Below, one piece after another: positions 11,401 to 23,604 of a stretch of DNA of 64,000 bases (the first letter of the stretch is position 1; every line of letters begins with the position of its first letter). A program made the position numbers and the translations under genes. A model generated the notes under the pieces. The model ran no database searches. It saw only the letters and a list, made by a program, of their open reading frames with translations, and was not told the origin of the DNA. Origin of the DNA: Pecten maximus (Eukaryota); NCBI RefSeq assembly GCF_902652985.1, contig NC_047029.1:22444001-22508000 (forward strand), read 5' to 3'.

Positions 11401-14400
11401 CCCCTGCGTTGCAATCAAATAATCTGATCTTTGCCCTTTTGTCTGTAATATAGGAGACATTGCCCAGTGTGTTACCTGAAGGTCCAGTAACGTAGTTTTG
11501 TTGCATTCCATCATTTCGATATCCTCAATCTCGAACCTCTCCATCTCTGCTTTCGTCTGTCGGATTTCCTCGTGCAGCCCCTCTACCTCTTCGTTCATCT
11601 CGTTGACGTAGTTGAAGAGTGCGAAGTTTTCGTCCTCACAGGCGATGAAATCGTCGACAATAACGGAGATGTCTTGTTTATCGGTAGTCTCCTTTATACG
11701 CTCAAACGCTTCCTCGTACACGCTAATCTGCTCCCGTTCAGCGTCCGTATCTTTGTCTCGGGCATCTACATAAGAAAGTAGTACATGCAATTTTTCTCGG
11801 GCTTCTACATAGCAAAACATTATATTATTATTTTTTTAATTTTATCGTCTAGTCTCTAAAGTACCGTTTGGGTTGGTATATCAGCTTTTATGAGCAATTA
11901 ATAGGATTGATGTACTACATTTTGTATATTATATTAAAATTCCTAAAAGTTTTTAAAAAGTTGTACCGCGGTAATCGGAACTAAACTTCGCGTCTAAACG
12001 ATGGCACCGAGAATGTAAGTCCTACTTTTGTTTTTCTTTGCCTCTTCCTCTTCCTTGAACTCTGCGCGGTCATGCGCCTTGAAGACGAGGAACTGTTTGA
12101 GCTTGTTGTCATGGTTGATAATACGCTGTAGGTCCTTCATTTCGACCTCGTGTTGCGCCATGTCTTTCTCGCTCCGCTCCTGTAATACATAAACAGTATT
12201 TGATAAACCTGTAAACCCATCAATCAACATTATGATTGATTTTTTAGACGCCAAACTTAATTCTTGAATAGCTATCCACAATCAATAGTGAGTCAATATT
12301 TCAAAACAATTTCAGAAGTCAATTGGCCATTTCAGCGATATCTAAAGCCCCCCGCCCCCCTTTTTTTTTTAAAACTAATTCTGATTGACAAGTCCTTTGG
12401 AACCTTCAAACACAGATAATGTACTTTATTTTAGTGCCTCAGTTACCTTGAGAGCGATCATCTTGTTCTGTGCCTCGTCCCGCTCTTCGTATGCGCGCGC
12501 AGCCTCCGCAATGACCTCATCCATCTGAGCCTTAATGTCGCTGAGGTCATTGGTGAGTTTTTTGAAGAGTCCGTCAAAAACTGACCGTTCCTGGCGGAGG
12601 TGGTCAATCTCCTGACGGAGGTGGGCATTGACTGCAAGCTGCTGGTTGAACTTGACCATGGCCTGTAATATAGGAGAGTCATGATTATTAATTTATTTCC
12701 TGAAAGTTCTGCAAAACATACATATATTTTTTTTTAAAAGAAGCACATGAACCAACAGTTTGCCAAGTAATATTGAAAACGCGTGACTTGTTTATCTTAA
12801 TCTGAAGTTTTCTTGGCCGTTAAAAATACACATATATAACAAATTTCCATCATCAATTATTTTAGTAACATCGCGAATGCATCGTCTATATTTCGTGAGC
12901 ATCGGTAACAGCTTAAGCATCAAGGACTTTGACATTTAATTACGCCAAGTTGCTGACTTTATCAAGCCTACTTGACATTTAATTACGCTAATTAACGGAC
13001 TTTATCAAGCCTATTTGACATTTAATTACACCAAGTTACCGACTTTATCAAGCCTATTTGACATTTAATTACGCTAATTAACGGACTTTATCAAGCCTAT
13101 TTGACATTTAATTACACCAAGTTACTGACTTTATCAAGCCTACTTGACATTTAATTACGCTAATTAACGGACTTTATCAAGCCTATTTGACATTTAATTA
13201 CACCAAGTTACCGACTTTATCAAGCCTATTTGACATTTAATTACGCTAATTAACGGACTTTATCAAGCCTATTTGACATTTAATTACACCAAGTTACTGA
13301 CTTTATCAAGCCTATTTGACATTTAATTACGCTAATTAACGGACTTTATCAAGCCTATTTGACATTTAATTACACCAAGTTACCGACTTTATCAAGCCTA
13401 TTTGACATTTAATTACGCTAATTAACGGACTTTATCAAGCCTATTTGACATTGAATTACACCAAGTTACTGACTTTATCAAGCCTACTTGACATTTAATT
13501 ACGCTAATTAACGGACTTTATCAAGCCTATTTGACATTTAATTACGCTAATTAACGGACTTTATCAAGCCTATTTGACATTAATTAACTAAGTAACGGAC
13601 CTTATCAAGCCTATTTGACATTTAATTACGCTAAATTACTTACCTTATCCAGCCTATTTGACATTTATTTACCATAAATTACTGACCTTATCAAGCCTAT
13701 TTGACATTTAATTACGCTAAATTACTGACCTTATCCAGCCTATTTGACATTTATTTACCATAAATTACTGACCTTATCAAGCCTTTTTGACATTTAATTA
13801 CCCTAAATTACTGACCTTATCAAGCCTATTTGACATTTAATTACGCGAAATTACTGACCTTGTCAAGCCTATTTTCCTTGACCATGATTTTCTTCTGTAT
13901 AGTCGTCTCGACCACCTGCTCCGTATTTCCGCCTTGCGTGCGCCGATGTTTAGTTATTTCCTCTTCTACACGTGCAACTTCCGCATCCAGTTCCGCGATC
14001 CGCTTCACCTCCTGTTCTGCCTGATTATTGAATGAGTCGAGGTTGTCAAGAAGCTCCATTAACCGATTTGTATTTTCAGTGTCCATATTTTCGTTTTTTT
14101 CGCTCTGAGCCAGACGCAAGACCGTGCGAATCTCCTCATTTTCAGACACAAGTGCCTCTTTTTCCGACCTGAAATTACACGTGCGTTGGTTTTATTTTGC
14201 GGAGAATGTAGTAATGTTCGCTTTACGATTACAGTTTATAAATGTGGACAAAAAATTGCATATTGATATTTTAAGTAAGGAGAAAGTCTATCTTTAATTG
14301 GAGAGAAAATAGAAATGTATTTGTCTGTAAAGGCGTACGTTGCATAACATTAAAGATGAATGCAATATTCATAGTTCATAGTTCATAGTATTCGACGTCC

Positions 14401-17400
14401 ATGCACAGGGACACGTTACAATAATAATGTATGTATAAAATATATGGGGGGTCGATATAAACATAACACAAGGGACGAAGCTCCGATTCTGGAAATCCCA
14501 GGGCGCCAATTTCAAATATAAATTAACAACACTTACTTTCAGTCTTTTTTCACGGGAATTGCTACTATCGTTTCGTTATAAGTTATAATTTTCACACATA
14601 TAATCCTTAATTGTCCATCTTTTCTCATACTCCCCATTTTAAAGCACTTTGTCGGAAGTTTTTAATATTCCCTCCAAAAAAGTGATGCTATGGACCGGAA
14701 GTTGCGCAACACCTTGGCAGGGCCGCAGAAACGTTGTATCATTGAATATATCATATCACAATTTACTTAGAAAAGGCCTTTCCTAATTATGGAATACGTT
14801 TGATAATTTTCCGATCACATATAAAGCGATTAATTAACGATTACTCACCAAGACACGATATCAGTCATATTTGATTAAAAAATTCCGCCAAAATTATTCA
14901 CTCCGGATATGACTCTTTCCGATTGCCTCGGGAGTTTTCTTACCTTTGGCTGCTATTGTCCATCACCTTCCGAAAGGTGTTGCGCAACTTCCGGTCCATA
15001 GCATCACTTTTTTGGAGGGAATATTAAAAACTTCCGACAAAGTGCTTTAAAATGGGGAGTATGAGAACAGATGGACAATTAAGGATTATATGTGTGAAAA
15101 TTATAACTTATAACGAAACGATAGTAGCAATTCCCGTGAAAAAAGACTGAAAGTAAGTGTTGTTAATTTATATTTGAAATTGGCGCCCTGGGATTTCCAG
15201 AATCGGAGCTTCGTCCCTTGTGTTATGTTTATATCGACCCCCCATATATTTTATACATACATTATTATTGTAACGTGTCCCTGTGGTCCATGTAAGTTTG
15301 TGGCTTCTGTTGACACATCTTCATGGTTGTACACTCATTTGCAGGTTGCGCAGAGGACACGTATACAACTTATATAAAAACTTAACTGGATGATTGACCC
15401 AATGCTTATTAAGCCTAGATTTAAAAGTATTAAGGGACGGGGAATCTACTACTGGTGTGGGAAGTCGATTCCATGTATTTACAGTCCTATTTTTAAAAGC
15501 TTGTCCCCTAATATTAGTGTTGTACCTAATCTTTTTAAGTTTTTTGGAATTCCCTCTAGTATTGAGGTTATCAAGTGTAGGAATTACTTGTTGGTTAGAT
15601 ATATCCAAGTTGTTAATCAGTTTATAGGTTTCAACCATGTCTGCTCTTAATCTCCTATATTCAAGTGATGGAAGTCCCAGATGACGTAGGCGTCCTGGAT
15701 ATGAGAGATCTTTTAGTGATGGAACTAATATTCGTACAATCTTAATCTCCTATTTACGATATTTTTTTCAGACTCAAATTCAAATTAATTTTCTAAATCG
15801 TAACAGCATGAACAATTTAATGGAACCGCCATAACTAACAGATATATTGTCGCCGTTTCCATACGGCAAGTTATAACGCTATAATAGTCAAGAGGAATGA
15901 CATCTACAGTCTGATTGGCTCATTCCCCGAACACCAACTCTGGTAAAGACAAAGGAAGGTGTTTATGTAGGAAGTTCTTTGAAGTTCAGTTATAGTCTGT
16001 TTCAATATATGGAATACCAGCTCAGGTAAAAAATAGGGTCAACTCAGGTATATGAATCAGAAATGGTTTTCTAAATTCCAATCACTATCGTATAGATTAT
16101 TTTACTAGTAAGAATGAAACGATAATATCATATCAATAAATAAGTATAAAATGAGTAAAAAAATAAATATTACATACATGTACATTTGTATGTACATGTA
16201 TATGGGTAATTTTATCTTATAGATATTTTTGACATGTTCACATCATCATCAATTGTCCTTATTATTTTTGGTAATGTAAAATGTATACTGCATGGTATTC
16301 ATTTCATCACTTATGTTATATGGGACAAGACGGATTTGAAGTTTTATACTTGTGTCTATACACATTTTTGTTTTGACAAATAAAATAGGTCTAAACAAAA
16401 AATAAAAAATAAAATTTTCAAAGCACTATGCCTAACTATATATTTCACTATTGATCATGACAATATTAGATTAAATTTAACGTACTAATTATATATATTA
16501 TTATTAATAATGACCTGTGCGTTCTCCATTTCGTGTATGATTAACAAAAAAATATTACTAATAACTAATCCTGAAACAGATACACACAAGAATGTTACAA
16601 TTTTTCTACAAGAACTGATCTATACAGTACTTATATGATAATCTAAACAAATCTGGAAATATCAATTTATGTATAGGTAATTGAAGTAAACCTGTACTAA
16701 TCAAACCTGATTACAGCTACAACTTTACAAGAATTTTACAATTCTACAATATCATAATTGTCTATACAAATCTGAAAAACTTACAAAGTTAATCAATATG
16801 AAAAAATCAAAGTCTAACTAATGTACAACTGCTTTACAGTGAAAAAGTAAGAATTTAAGATTCTGTTATTATGCCAATTTAAATGCTAATTCAAATGACT
16901 ATAATCAGATATATATTTACAATATAAATGAAAAATGATACTGGGCTGAATTGATTTAAAAGAATGTAAATTAAACAGCGGTATTAATGTATTGTTTGAA
17001 TATTTACACTTAATCTGAAAACAACCACAAATTAAATCAATGTGACACAAACTTTTACAAAATGTTGAAGTTTGATAAACTTTTTTTCAGAAAATATAAT
17101 TTAACAGTATTCAACGTACAACTGTTTTACAATTCAAGATTCAGTAAGTATTTGCATGTATATGTCTGCCACGATGTTGATAATTCAAATATCAAATCAA
17201 AATGTGATGATTTTCCAAAGGGTGCTTAGTTTTATACACTATTTGTGAAACAGTTTGGCAATCATTAACAGCTAATGATTTTCTGATCACCTAACAGGTG
17301 AATTGATTTACCTGTGTTCTTACTCTGAGGATATTTCTGTAACAGACTATAACTCCCTATCAACACACCTTAACCCCTATGTAAACACCCCACCCTAACC

Positions 17401-17838
17401 AGAGTTGGTGTTCGGGGAAGACCCCGTCTGATTAATGCCACTTAGTTACTTGTATGTCTGAAGAGCATTTTAAATAAATCAAAATTTAGAATTATTTGCA
17501 AGATAAACTCTCGGACGACACATGTGCAGAAGACATATATCTTTTCTGTTTAAACCAATATAATTAAAATTAAACTCGTAATTTCCACTCCTCTACGATA
17601 CACTGCAGTACAAGAGTGTATCGTATAGTATTGTAGAGTAATTGATGAATAATGAAGAGTAAAATACCAGGGATACAAACATTTTCTTTCGTAGGATGTT
17701 GTTTGACTCCTCGGCGTAGGCCCGACGATCACCCTCCATTACTCGGAGTTGTCGCTGTAGTTTGGCGAGTTCCAGAGTCTGTGTCGCCTCCTCCCCCAGC
17801 TCCTCATTGGAGTCTGTTTGAACCGTTCCCTTCCTCAT
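8490..17838 (-). CDS. CCDC63: Coiled-coil domain protein 63 / ODAD1 (CCDC114)-family outer dynein arm docking complex subunit, ~555 aa
   Basis: Exons (-): 17838-17681, 14168-13859, 12662-12447, 12179-12026, 11765-11476, 11065-10814, 9042-8927, 8661-8490. All are GT-AG with consistent phases; total 1668 nt. Family motifs: LQRQLRVMEGDRRAY, LRQEIDHLRQER, EDENFALFNYVNE, YMGIMEQRT, RPLTHEELR. CCDC63 versus ODAD1 orthology is not resolvable here. Confidence 0.9.
9228..9500 (+). mobile_element. Fragment of the 'tgaccttga' repeat family (probable non-autonomous Helitron/Helentron-type)
   Basis: aacaggaggc..gcctgtatcgctcacctg start and gacctgtgtgaccttgaaaatagatcaaggtcattcatttgaacaa core, shared with 43930-46175 and 60420-60980. 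Confidence 0.55.
9508..10803. repeat. GC-rich 20-21-bp minisatellite (gtaggaccagtatctgacccggga-like), ~60 copies, in a CCDC63 intron
   Basis: Direct inspection. It starts ~10 nt after the donor at 10813. Confidence 0.95.
12925..13873. repeat. 43-bp minisatellite, ~22 copies, alternating A/B units, derived from a CCDC63 exon end plus donor
   Basis: Minus-strand unit aataggcttgataag|gtcagtaa... matches the true exon end AATAGGCTTGACAAG|gtcagtaa at 13859. Confidence 0.95.
14371..15726 (-). mobile_element. 5'-truncated CR1/L2-type LINE 3' end, interrupted by a MITE
   Basis: Minus strand encodes VPSLKDLSYPGRLRHLGLPSLEYRRLRADMVETYK...TRGNSKKL...FKNRTVNTWNRLPTPVVDSPSLNTFKSRL, typical of a post-RT C-terminus. 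It ends in a (ctatgaa)n tail at ~14370-14390. Candidate TSD aatattc at 14364-14370 and 15727-15733. Confidence 0.85.
14404..15285. mobile_element. 882-bp fold-back element with 312-bp TIRs and 7-bp TSD (P/Galileo-like, non-autonomous)
   Basis: 14404-14715 is the reverse complement of 14974-15285 (one mismatch noticed). Termini CACAGGG..CCCTGTG. TSD gtccatg at 14397-14403 and 15286-15292. Confidence 0.92.
15917..17425. mobile_element. 1.5-kb AT-rich non-autonomous DNA transposon, GG..CC termini, 8-bp TSD
   Basis: TIR core ttccccgaacaccaactctgg (15923-15943) / ccagagttggtgttcggggaa (17399-17419). TSD gtctgatt at 15909-15916 and 17426-17433. Confidence 0.85.
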
Positions 17839-17924
17839 CCTAAAACAAACATGCCTACGCTTACTTTTGAGCAAAACGTTTGTTAAACCGCTTAACAGAC
17901 GTGATATATATTACATATTGTCAT

Positions 17925-19147
17925 TATGGCGGATTATGTTTTCTTCCGCTCACCTTTGCTGATATTCTAAGTGTTTTTGTTGATTATAAAATATTTGTTA
18001 ATTCATTTATAATAAAGTTCAAGAAAGATAAATTACATTAAATTGATTATAACAACTCTTCGATTTAAAATTAAAATGTTTTAAAAATAAATATTGCGGC
18101 CACTTCTAAAAAGTGAGCCATTATTTCGCCACATATTTGTTTTCTGGTTTTTATTTCGTCATATAAGGTAGCTAAACACAGCAAACAGAGCTCACAGCAT
18201 GGAGATTAGAATATACAAAGTGTATATTTGTATGAAGAAGGAGGGTTAGCACACTGATGCTTGTCCGAGTATTGACAGTAAAGGCAAAAAATACAGTTTG
18301 TAACAACAAACATGTTTTTGCACAAACTGACATTCCTTGTAATACTAAATCAACAATATGGGTAGCCACGCCTCTTGACCCATATATGGTAAGCGTCACA
18401 TCCGGGGTCGTAGAGCAAAGGTCATCGCTCATTGGTCAGTTCAGCTGGTCACCCCAACACTTAGAAAAAATTTTCAGAAGACGCCATCGTATCTAGAATT
18501 CAACCATCAAAAAGTGAAATTTAAATTATCAGTGTGCTTACCCTCCCATATATCCCTCCCTCGTTTATGTATCCAGGTTTGTTTTTTCTTTGTTTTTCTT
18601 GTACACTATTATATGGTTGCACCTTCCACAGTGTGACCACATTCTACATGTGAGGAAGTCTTAGTTATATTTTTATGCAGATTTGTTGTATGATTGTGTG
18701 TAACCTATATTAGGCGACATTCTACATGTGAGGAAGTCTTAGTTATATTTTTATGCAGATTTGTTGTATGATTGTGTGTAATATGGCGGATTATGTTTTC
18801 TTCCGCTCACCTTTGCTGATATTCTAAGTGTTTTTGTTGATTATAAAATATTTGTTAATTCATTTATAATAAAGTTCAAGAAAGATAAATTACATTAAAT
18901 TGATTATAACAACTCTTCGATTTAAAATTAAAATGTTTTAAAAATAAATATTGCGGCCACTTCTAAAAAGTGAGCCATTATTTCGCCACATATTTGTTTT
19001 CTGGTTTTTATTTCGTCATATAAGGTAGCTAAACACAGCAAACAGAGCTCACAGCATGGAGATTAGAATATACAAAGTGTATATTTGTATGAAGAAGGAG
19101 GGTTAGCACACTGATGCTTGTCCGAGTATTGACAGTAAAGGCAAAAA
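17925..19147. repeat. 366-bp direct duplication (17925-18290 and 18782-19147) plus nested 65-bp duplication (18639-18703, 18717-18781)
   Basis: The copies appear identical by eye, offset 857 bp. Confidence 0.9.
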
Positions 19148-19389
19148 TGGAAAGAGACAACAATACAATGTTAACACTGAGGCTCGAACCCGTGTAACTC
19201 CAAACCCTAGATGGACAGCTATATGCTGACCGCTGATCCGTTACACATAAATATATTTTCCCGCGGAATCTGACGTGACTGAATCGAAAATAACGCCCAT
19301 ACAATAGTACAAAATACCATAGGGACGTGACAATTATGTTCAACCTAAGTTCATATACAGTGTATTTCCAACCCACAGAGCAGTGGATA

Positions 19390-19710
19390 AATGCACGGCC
19401 AGACCGACGTTCAAACCTGGAACCTCTGGACACAAGCCGGATGCTCTACCAATTGACCTATCTGGTCGCCGTCGATCGACCCTGTCCAGTTCCGCCTCAC
19501 TCTTTCCCCTTTTTGGAGTTCTTTTTCTTGATCAATCCGAGTTTTCGACCCCGAAGACCTAAACAACTCAAACCCCAGTTTCGCGTATCACTACCTCAAG
19601 TATTCACCTCACTTGAAACAAAGTTTGGTCACAAGTATCAAATGTAAGAGGAGTGGGAAAATGCAATTGAGCTACCTGGTAGCCGATGATCGACTCAGTC
19701 CAGTTTCACC
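19390..19710 (-). mobile_element. tRNA-related interspersed repeat (related copy at 21413-21662 on +)
   Basis: Minus strand ggtcaattggtagagcatccggc..ggttccaggtttgaac..ggtctggccgtgc has A/B-like boxes. It shares tttcaagtgaggtgaatacttga with the 21413-21662 copy. Confidence 0.65.
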
Positions 19711-20303
19711 AAAGTTATAAGTACATGGACGTGCCACAAGTATTCGACAGCATGGTATTTTCATACTATACATTATATGTATATATTTTATTCAATTCGA
19801 TCAATGTTCAATGAAAAGCACGTAAAGGACCGGCGGTAAAATGCAGAACGTACGTTATCGCTGGCACATGGCTCTTAGTATGTTACTTTTTTTGTACCAA
19901 TATCCGGTGTCTCTTGATACACGAACTTGGTTCAAGATGTTGTTGCTTTAATTTCCTCATTGTTTATACAGTGTATGCATAATATTATGTGCACATGCAT
20001 GTAAATGGGAAAAAGTGAAAAGCCTAAGCCCTTTTCAAGAGTTTAAACACCCGCAGATAAACTAAAACATTGGGGAAAATAAACTTTTTGAACAGAACTC
20101 GCGTAGTGGTGTCACCTTGCAAATGAAATATTTTTTGTCGGGTGTGGTCAATTTTATTTATTGGAGTCGTGCCATAACACGGCCCGAAACTTTGGGATCA
20201 AGAATTTTTTAATGGGAACCGAATGGCACAAAAACTTGTATACTATAATTGACTGCCATTAATTTAACTTTCGTTCATATTACATTTAGTGTCCATATTA
20301 TAC

Positions 20304-20515
20304 CTGTAGATTTCGTTCCTCCTGTCAGATTCTGTAATCAGTGTTTCCTGCCCGTTTCCATCCTCCTTCGAGGAGATGTCTTTCTAACGTTTCTAGGGCG
20401 ACAATGTTTATATGACGTCATAGATTACATGACGTCATTCTATTTGTTTTTTAATGTACCCATTATGACGTCAAACTATTCCATGTAACACACGGGTCGG
20501 CATATTCTGACGTAA
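20304..20515 (-). promoter_or_regulatory. Candidate CCDC63 non-coding first exon and promoter: RFX X-box plus CRE cluster
   Basis: Donor cag|gtata after 20304. X-box-like GTTTCTAGGGCGAC at 20389-20402. TGACGTCA at 20413, 20430 and 20466; TGACGTAA at ~20508. Confidence 0.55.
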
Positions 20516-21167
20516 CTGAATTACAATTGGCTCTATATTGATTTATTTCTATAAACGAGGGTTTTATTCAGGGCGTTTCAAGAATTACAATGTAATACCA
20601 TGCGCATGAGTGTATTCTTGGTGCTGAGTAGGCTGCTATCGAATTCTCTGAGGTTCAACCCTGCACTGCTGTTGATATAGGAAGTTAAAAATGCAAAACA
20701 TTTATGATCAATCAGCATTGAGCTAAAGTATGATGTGTTTATAAAGGGCCTGTGGGTTCCGTACGATGTTTATGAGAAAAAAAATGGCTGCGGTTCTTAA
20801 AGATGCCACAACGCATTCCTGCATTTGCCATACTCCCTTTTAAGGTCCCGGGCGAAAGTCACCACAAAATGTATAGGTATTATAGATATAAATATTACAT
20901 ATATGGCCAGTGAGTTGGATCTTTTGTGATTCAGGGTCCGTACTTCCTTGCAGTGTAAATTTTCATTACAATGGCATATGTAGCCCGAGTTTCTTCTTGT
21001 CCTGATACCATGTCTGGTGTAGGTGGGGTCAGGATCAGAGGAAACACGGTTCATAAGTGAAGTTGTTCTGTAGACTCCATTACTCTACATAGATTATAAT
21101 ATAGTTTTCTCCAAGCACGCGAAGTTCTTACTGTGATTCAATTTGGCAATCGCCAGCAAAACATTCT

Positions 21168-21320
21168 CGCTGGTATCCATTCTCATAGGTGTTCATTCTA
21201 ATTGGTGTCCATTCTCATTGGTGTCCATTCTCATTGGTGTCCATTATCATTGGTGTCCATTCTCACTGGTGTCCATTCTCATTTGTGTCCATTGTCACAG
21301 GTGTCCATACTCATTGGTGC
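21168..21320. repeat. 16-bp minisatellite (attggtgtccattctc), ~10 copies
   Basis: Direct inspection. Confidence 0.9.
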
Positions 21321-21412
21321 TCTGTCAGTACAAGGCAACCGCGCGCCTTATGCAGCTTTAAAAATTATAATTTTCAAGACGAAAACGTTTCTAAGTAAAT
21401 GTGTGACGGGAT

Positions 21413-21662
21413 TCGACCGGGTCGACTATCGGCGACCAGGTAGCTTACTTGGTAGAGCTTCCGGCTAGTGTTCAGAGGTTCCGGGTTCGAACCCCGGTCT
21501 GGCCGTGCCTTTTTCCACTTCTTTTACATGTACCAAACCTTGTTTCAAGTGAGGTGAATACTTGACAAGGGATACCCGAACCTTGGTTACGAGTTGTTAG
21601 TTCTTCGGGGTAGTAGACTTCAAAAGAGAGGGAAGAGTGTGGCGGAACTGGACCGGGTCGAT
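21413..21662 (+). mobile_element. tRNA-related interspersed repeat
   Basis: tagcttacttggtagagc...ggttcgaaccccgg (A/B boxes). gaccgggtcga occurs at both ends. Confidence 0.65.
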
Positions 21663-22246
21663 ATACAGAAGAATTAAAGACAGAGTGATTATGATCGATT
21701 GAAAACAAGTCAATTAGAACATACTGTTGTTCAATTTCATATTATACCAAAAATACACACTTTGTGCCATTACCGGCTTCCAGATGTTTGCCTTTCGCTC
21801 TTTTTCTGATTTGATTTAAAGCGAATCATAATTGATTACATCCTGAAGGAATTCTATCCTGTGAACAATTTTTAGTTTTATAGATGATGTTTTTATTTCG
21901 CGGCTAGTATTACCTTGGTGTTAGATATATTCATATACCCTTGGCTAAGCATATTCGTGACGAGCATTACGCTGTCGACAGTGTTGCATCTTTTGTAACC
22001 AAATATTATAAAAAATATGGCTATACGTTTAAATTCCTTTCAGGGGTATCCATATTTATATCAAAGAATTTTTATTTTTTTTATTCATTTTTTTTTTTTT
22101 TTTTTTTTGCAAAAAATCTTTTTCACTGAACTGAAGAAAAACAATTTTGAATATGATTTGGGTTGTAAAGTGATCATATGTAGAATTCACTATGAAAAAC
22201 AGAATTTTGTTGCCATTGATACAGTTTATGTAATTGGATCCTGAGA

Positions 22247-22289
<43 letters not shown>

Positions 22290-23411
22290 CTCGGCCATGT
22301 CCGTACATTAGATATATATGACGGAATCATACCGTTTGTACGATTTGCACTTTTAAATTCAATTTGTATGAACAACTGACGTGTGACATAAATGCATGGG
22401 GCATAGAGATTTTCTGTTGTCATGGTGTAAATGGTGACGTCATTCATGTAGAGATTTTCTGTTGTCATGGTGTAAATGGTGACGTCATTCATGTGGCGGT
22501 TTATAAGTAGGGCGTATATACTCAATACTGGAGTTGTTCGCCTGTTTTATTTGTGTCGGTATTTTATCCGGACAACTCCAACAGTTTTCTTCACTTCATC
22601 ACACACTTAAGTTGAACACACGTTTATATTTACATTTGCTCCGCATTTCCCCATTGACACAATGCTAAGAGGCAGTTGCCATCATACGCCTATAACACCC
22701 AGTGCCTCGGGCTATAACACTAACGGGTTCCCATGCCATTTGCCCACCATACATCTTGCTACCATATCGACAATAACAACATTAAAACCGCTGTTCATTG
22801 CTTAAATGGCAGACATGTTCTGTTAAGCTATGACTTGACTGAATCTTGTCCGGACAACTCCTACAGTTTTTTATCCAAAGTTTTCGAAACTTCACTGTCG
22901 TAGTCAACACACACCGACACATTTTATAAACCCGCTCTTCCATTTTGGCCCGTCTACATGTATGGCAGTTGTGCCCCTTTTCCTACGTTTGTAAACATAA
23001 TCTTGTCTGGACAACTCTTTCAACAGTTTTCTGATGTACTAAGCACACATCAACACGGTCTTACAAGCGTAATTTAAAGTATTTTTTTTCTCATATGTTG
23101 ATGTTAATAAGATATATTTCTTCATCGTGGGTGCCATTTTAAAAGGGGGGAGGGGGGATTTTTTGTTTTTGTTGTTTTGTATATAATTTTGTTTTTTGCT
23201 TTTGTGAGTGTATACGATATCCACATTGCAAACGTAATTCTGCCAATGAACAGAGCGGCCAGACAGACATCCTCAATTAGTATACACCCTTCATCCCCGA
23301 TCTTTGCTACAGGAGTGATTTTTTTCTAACATGTAACAACAGAAGAAAACACAATATCTCTGGATCCTATTTATTTACATACTGAAATATTATATGACAA
23401 CATGATATAAT

Positions 23412-23604
23412 TACATGACAATGAATAATGATACAATGATACAATGTAACAATGATACAATGTAACAATGATACAATGTAACAATGTAACAATGATACAA
23501 CACATGATGTAACAATGATACAAAGTTACAATATAACAATGATACAATGTACGATGTAATAATGATACAATGTAACAATGATACAATGTAACAATGATAT
23601 AATG
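23412..23604. repeat. 8-bp-based minisatellite (acaatgat/acaatgta)
   Basis: Direct inspection. Confidence 0.9.

Noticed and set aside
21434-21510. tRNA gene (also at 1716, 31490 and 45826)
   Set aside because: The A/B boxes sit within multicopy repeat bodies and I could not establish a convincing cloverleaf, so they are treated as SINE-type heads.
22251-22288. 38-nt poly-G / poly-proline ORF
   Set aside because: A simple homopolymer of uncertain length, with no coding evidence.
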